This document shows positions 58,597 to 62,853 of a stretch of DNA of 62,853 nt, piece by piece. A program made the translations under genes and the position numbers. The notes beneath the pieces were generated by a model. The model worked only from the letters and a program-made list of their open reading frames with translations, was not told the DNA's origin and did not search any database. This DNA comes from Candidatus Omnitrophota bacterium (GTDB lineage Bacteria > Omnitrophota > Gorgyraeia > 2-01-FULL-45-10), in assembly GCA_043798375.1 (NCBI GenBank), contig JAZDOS010000018.1, forward strand, positions 1 to 62,853, read 5' to 3'. How positions within the stretch are numbered: the first letter of the stretch is position 1; each line of letters begins with the position of its first letter.

Positions 58597-58671
58597 CCTC
58601 CGATTTACTGTTGTTTTCCTCTTGGTAAATCGTCCCGAGCTGCAATTGCTTCGTCTATGCAGCAAGGGACT
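58597..58671 (-). promoter_or_regulatory. Structured leader motif, copy B (before rubredoxin)
   Basis: Homologous to 56518-56592; preceded by TATAAT. Confidence 0.65.
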
Positions 58672-58799
58672 TCATTATATTATAACATATGTTAAAAAAG
58701 ATGGGCGGTTTTATATTGACCGGGGACGCGAAGATAGATCGTGTCTCCCTTGATGAGTCAAAGAAATAAAAGAGCCGCGCCTATTTGTTTCTCAAAACA

Positions 58800-58850
58800 A
58801 CCGCGTCGGCCTGCTGCGAGCTTTGCTCGGAGTCGACCGACGCGGTTATA
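58800..58850. terminator. Long GC-rich hairpin downstream of the gap remnant
   Basis: AACCGCGTCGG...CCGACGCGGTT. Confidence 0.45.
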
Positions 58851-58894
58851 TCGGTGTAATAAAGTGGTGTGACCCTTTTATTTTGGCTGCTTTT

Positions 58895-59002
<108 letters not shown>

Positions 59003-60130
59003 TCATATATCTAAACCCGCCAACCAATCAGCGGCAGGCGTAACAAAAATGCCATGCGTTGTTCTTGCACGGGCCGCCGTTTGAATAAGCTGGACAGATT
59101 CCCTGGGTTTTAGCTTTTTATGATAATGGAAAAGACTTTGCGACAGGCTCTCATCCGACACTTTCACTTCTATTAAAAGATCTGTCTTTCTGTCGATCTC
59201 GACAAGAAAATCGACCTCTCGCTTCTCCTTGTCTTTTAGATAACAGAGCTGGACGTCGCTGCCCTTTATATCTTCAAGGAAGTGCAGCCATTTCCTTAAG
59301 CAAACGGCAACCGCGTTTTCAAGCCGCGCGCCGGTGTCTCCGATTACCGCGCCGGTATCGTAAAAATAGATCTTCGGTTCTTTGAGTATGGCTCGCGCTA
59401 AATTACGGTGATACGGAGTAACAACGAAAAGAACATACATATGTTCCAGTATTTGTATCCAGTGCTTGACGGTATGGGGCGATACCTGGAGGTCTTCGGA
59501 CAAAGAAGCGTAAGAAATGCGTGATCCTACCCGCTCGCGCAACAGATCGACCAGGAGAAATAGCGATGAGATATTTTTGATCGGCTCCAGGTCCTGAACA
59601 TCTTCCCTGATGATCCTTTCAAGATGCTGCTTTCTCCACCTTTTTGAAAACTCTTCCGACCGGCTGAAAAACGGCTCGGGAAATCCTCCCAACGTCATGA
59701 TTTGTTGCAATGCGTCCCGGGGCGCGGCATCAGCCTTCAGCTCTCTGACCGATAGCGGATAGAGGCGATGCAGAAAATAGCGCCCTGCCAGAGAGTCGCC
59801 GCCGCGGCGATAAAGGTCGAGGCGGGCGCTTCCCGTTATTAATATCCTAGGCCGTATGCCTTCCGTATCATAGATTCCCTTGATGCGCGACTTCCAATTC
59901 TTAAGCTTATGGAATTCGTCCAGTATCAGAAGCGGCGCCTTTCTGTTCCACTCCTGCCTTAGCATTATTTTACGGTCTTTCGCGGCATCCCAGTTTAAGT
60001 ATTCCGCGCCGGCCCAAATCGCGGACAAGGATTTTGCCAGCGTGGTCTTACCCACCTGCCTTGGACCTGCAAGTATTACCATCTTCTTATCCAGGTCTTT
60101 TGCTATGATACCGCTTTGTAATCTTTCCAT
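59003..60130 (-). CDS. AAA+ ATPase with DUF4143 domain
   Basis: GPRQVGKTT, LILDEFH, ITGS, GDSLAGR, K.YFYDTG, EVDF...IEVK. Confidence 0.9.
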   Translation of the reverse strand: MERLQSGIIAKDLDKKMVILAGPRQVGKTTLAKSLSAIWAGAEYLNWDAAKDRKIMLRQEWNRKAPLLILDEFHKLKNWKSRIKGIYDTEGIRPRILITGSARLDLYRRGGDSLAGRYFLHRLYPLSVRELKADAAPRDALQQIMTLGGFPEPFFSRSEEFSKRWRKQHLERIIREDVQDLEPIKNISSLFLLVDLLRERVGSRISYASLSEDLQVSPHTVKHWIQILEHMYVLFVVTPYHRNLARAILKEPKIYFYDTGAVIGDTGARLENAVAVCLRKWLHFLEDIKGSDVQLCYLKDKEKREVDFLVEIDRKTDLLIEVKVSDESLSQSLFHYHKKLKPRESVQLIQTAARARTTHGIFVTPAADWLAGLDI

Positions 60131-60139
60131 GATATGACT

Positions 60140-60179
60140 ATTATACACTGTACTGCATTTTAGTCAAGACCAAAATGCA
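60140..60179 (-). promoter_or_regulatory. Promoter overlapped by a 12-bp-arm palindromic operator
   Basis: TTGACT-16 bp-TATAAT; TGCATTTTAGTC-AA-GACCAAAATGCA at 60154-60179. Confidence 0.6.
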
Positions 60180-60241
60180 TATCTGTTTATATTACACCGC
60201 TCGGAGGAGCGCTTGGAGCGAGCGGTAAATGTGCTGCGGGG

Positions 60242-60541
60242 TTATCTGCCGCAGCACTTTTTGTATTTTTTTCCGCTTCCGCAGGAGCAGGGGTCGTTGC
60301 GGCCTATTTTCACCGACCTCGCCGGCTTGACAGATTCCGCGTCAAGTCTATCTAAAAAAGTATTTTCAATTTCTTCACTTGAGCAGTATCTAATAGCTTC
60401 TTCTTCATGTTTTAAGGAGTCGATAATGGGCTCCACAGCCCTTTCCCTAAATCCTATCAACTTCTCCATCTCAATTATCGGGTAGTCTGCAGTTTCGCGG
60501 GAACAGATCTTTTTAAGTAAGTCGGATATTTCGTCGGTCAT
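60242..60541 (-). CDS. Small SEC-C motif protein
   Basis: C-terminal [18 protein letters not shown]. Confidence 0.8.
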   Translation of the reverse strand: MTDEISDLLKKICSRETADYPIIEMEKLIGFRERAVEPIIDSLKHEEEAIRYCSSEEIENTFLDRLDAESVKPARSVKIGRNDPCSCGSGKKYKKCCGR

Positions 60542-60588
60542 AACATTTTATTTAATCCGGAAATGCTGCTTTAATAAAATCCCTTATT

Positions 60589-60620
60589 AAAAAGAGCGCT
60601 GTTTTTTCATCGCTCTTTTT
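60589..60620. terminator. Bidirectional terminator-like hairpin
   Basis: AAAAAGAGCG...CGCTCTTTTT. Confidence 0.55.
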
Positions 60621-60764
60621 TGTCCTCCGGACTGAAGAAGATTGAAGCCAAAAGTGGGAATTGTTTTTTATGTCAAATTTTACTGTTGCAACGCTTATTT
60701 TATCTGATTAACTTTTTTTGTCAATCGTTATTTGACTAACTTGAGCTTTCGCGAGCTTACGATC

Positions 60765-62150
60765 TTACTTTACAAGGTTGTCTTTATGAACCAGATGCAC
60801 TTTTTCCTTCTTCGCCAATTCGATCATGTCCTTAGTGAAACCGCTTTTGCTGAAAAGTATATAGTGCTCATTCCGTGCGTTCCTCTTCCAGTCAACATGC
60901 GCCGCTTTTTCCTTCAGCGCCTCATAAATATTTGTGCCAACCTGCTTCTCTGACCATTTTGCTTCGCCAAAAAGAATATCCTTTGTTCCGGCATTAAGCG
61001 CTACGATATCGATCTCTTTCTCGCGCTCCCACCATTTGCCAACCCGCTCAAATGCAAAAAACTCATCCCGAAAATCCTGTATCATATGACGGCAGACTGT
61101 TTCATATATTCCGCTTTCCAGTATTTTGAAACTCTCTCTCATCTTCCTTAATACTTCATCAAATCTCTGTATCTCAAGATCGCTCTTATACGGGAATACA
61201 TATTGAAACCAGAATCGGAAAAAGTTGTCCGCTATCGCGTAGAGACCTTTGCGCGACTTCTGCAGATTATCCTCGGTAACGGGCACTTCTTTTTCAATGA
61301 TCTGAAGCCTCTCAAGCGTCATCAGATATTTTGTAAGTATGTTCTTCTCAAGGCCGGTTTCATTCACGATTTCGCTGAATTTACGCTTCCCCAATGACAT
61401 GGCTCGGAGAATGGACAGATAATTCTTTGGCTCTCTGAATTCCTCTTTCAAAATGAACTCAACTTCGTTATGCAAAAATTCCGTGCTCATGAATATCTTT
61501 TTCTTTATATTCTCATCGACCGAAAGAGCTGGATCCCACTGTAATATGTAAGCAGGGATACCACCCGTGATGGTATATATACTTAAAACTTCGTCAAAGC
61601 CCTTTCCGGGAAAGAATCCTCTCATCTCATTGAAAGGAAGCGGCTTAATTAGGATCTGGCCCGTTCTTCTGCCATATAGCGGAGCCTTATAGGCAAGAAC
61701 CTCCGATTCCATCATGCCGATACTTGACCCTGAGAGCACCATAAATATGCCGGAATCTTTCAGCGTCTGGTCCCAGCCTTTCTGAAAGATAGAGCTTATC
61801 GATTTATCGGTTTCGACCAGGTAAGGATATTCATCTATCACAAGGATAAATTTGTCTTTTTTATGTTTTTTAAGATACGTGAACGCTTCCAGCCAGTTTT
61901 CAAAGCCACGGTCTTTTAATATATCGTCTTCAAACATATCGCCGACGATTCGGCCAAGCTCTCTTAATTGCTCTAAACTCGTTCTCTTATCGGCAAGAAA
62001 ATAGACGGCAGCTTTTCCTTTGATGAACTGCTTTATGAGTTCGGTTTTGCCTACCCTGCGCTTTCCGTAAATAATAACAAGCTGCGATGAGTTTTTGGCC
62101 CACTTATCATTTAACGCCTTCAATTCCGTTTCACGATCGATAAATTTCAT
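60765..62150 (-). CDS. Archaeal-type ATPase with wHTH and DUF234/PD-(D/E)XK-like C-terminus
   Basis: FIDRETEL, YGKRRVGKT, IDEYPY, GSS..MM, LYGRRT, DNFFRFW, EIDIVA, FGEAKW. Confidence 0.9.
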   Translation of the reverse strand: MKFIDRETELKALNDKWAKNSSQLVIIYGKRRVGKTELIKQFIKGKAAVYFLADKRTSLEQLRELGRIVGDMFEDDILKDRGFENWLEAFTYLKKHKKDKFILVIDEYPYLVETDKSISSIFQKGWDQTLKDSGIFMVLSGSSIGMMESEVLAYKAPLYGRRTGQILIKPLPFNEMRGFFPGKGFDEVLSIYTITGGIPAYILQWDPALSVDENIKKKIFMSTEFLHNEVEFILKEEFREPKNYLSILRAMSLGKRKFSEIVNETGLEKNILTKYLMTLERLQIIEKEVPVTEDNLQKSRKGLYAIADNFFRFWFQYVFPYKSDLEIQRFDEVLRKMRESFKILESGIYETVCRHMIQDFRDEFFAFERVGKWWEREKEIDIVALNAGTKDILFGEAKWSEKQVGTNIYEALKEKAAHVDWKRNARNEHYILFSKSGFTKDMIELAKKEKVHLVHKDNLVK

Positions 62151-62191
62151 GTGTCTCCTCTCATACAATTACACATGGAACCATCTGAATT

Positions 62192-62235
62192 AGTATACTT
62201 GTAAGTAGTATACTCTAAAGTATACTAATAGTCAA
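62192..62235 (-). promoter_or_regulatory. Promoter with three AGTATACT palindromic boxes
   Basis: TTGACT-17 bp-TATACT; boxes at 62192, 62207 and 62219. Confidence 0.6.
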
Positions 62236-62435
62236 GAGCTTTGCTTTAGGCTTGCCGGCTTTTAGATAAAAGTGGAGAGAGTATGCCAAGATTACGCCTT
62301 ATGAATACGTTGCTTGTGACAAATATAAACCGCTACTTTAAATTTGTCATGTGCTTTCTTCGACTGCGCCATAATATCTCCACATGCTTATTATGGCCCA
62401 TTCCGCCTATCCTTCTTTTACAAAATATCCATGAA

Positions 62436-62853
62436 TTATTTGGCTAATATTTCTTCTATTTTAAGCACAAAATCTTTCGCGTCTTCCAATATCCATTCAG
62501 CATCGTCATTTGTAAGCACTTCGATTCCGTATTGATCCACGACTCTATCTTCTTGCGCTTTTTCCAGGGTATTGGCGTATTTTTGCTCGAGCTGCCTCGC
62601 CCTTTTGATATAGGTAATATATTCAGACTTTACTTTACCTCTCCTTACATAGAATTCTTTAAATGCGGCTATGGCACAATAATGGGCCGTGGCGCGAATA
62701 CCTATATTAAATAGGGCCGCCAGGACAGCATGATACATAGCGTAATATCCGCAGATGATAGCCCAGTCAAATAGATCGCTATCGAACATTATTTTCATTG
62801 CACGTAGGTTCCTGCGGGCTTTGTCGATATGCTGTTTTGCCCGTTCTATATTA
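62436..62853 (-). CDS. HEPN-domain protein (5' end outside the window)
   Basis: The frame is open to the window edge: KARRNL.A, W....GYYAMYHA..A.L, R....Y, A..FV..I...L. Confidence 0.8.
   Translation of the reverse strand, partial: NIERAKQHIDKARRNLRAMKIMFDSDLFDWAIICGYYAMYHAVLAALFNIGIRATAHYCAIAAFKEFYVRRGKVKSEYITYIKRARQLEQKYANTLEKAQEDRVVDQYGIEVLTNDDAEWILEDAKDFVLKIEEILAK

Noticed and set aside
60195-60228. GAGGAGCGCT resembling the SAH riboswitch core, inside an ACCGCTCG/CGAGCGGT hairpin
   Set aside because: The remaining SAH elements and a SAM-cycle gene context are absent; more likely a terminator or REP-type hairpin.

Overview
A mostly minus-strand housekeeping region of an anaerobic bacterium. 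By inference it is most likely Ca. Omnitrophota, based on the signal-peptide-bearing 1880-aa enzyme-fusion protein and the gene style. Core genes include truA, metG, holB, pmm, rpe, the trp and his operons, alaS-recX-recA, cinA-thpR, asd-leuBDC, an opp/dpp ABC transporter, secG-tpiA-pgk and an O2/ROS-defence operon. Accessory DNA: (1) a frameshifted IS1634-family element with 18-bp terminal IRs sitting between two truncated genes; (2) two AT-rich cassettes inside the trp operon, namely a Bpu10I-like REase plus amino-MTase, and TcmP plus a radical SAM followed by a DUF3800 nuclease-fold gene with two convergent, mutually homologous candidate ncRNAs; (3) an ATPase/HEPN block next to a 24-codon gap (GAPDH) 3' remnant. 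The window also carries a layer of small selfish repeats: 82-105 bp MITE-like elements inserted precisely into RTGA stop/start overlaps with 4-bp duplications, TCTAACCWGGTTAGA palindromes at gene junctions, REP-like hairpins and heptamer arrays inside conserved proteins. A duplicated 75-nt covarying RNA motif precedes two RBSs of the redox operon. No rRNA, tRNA or CRISPR array was recognised. All family assignments come from motif recognition by eye; no searches were run.
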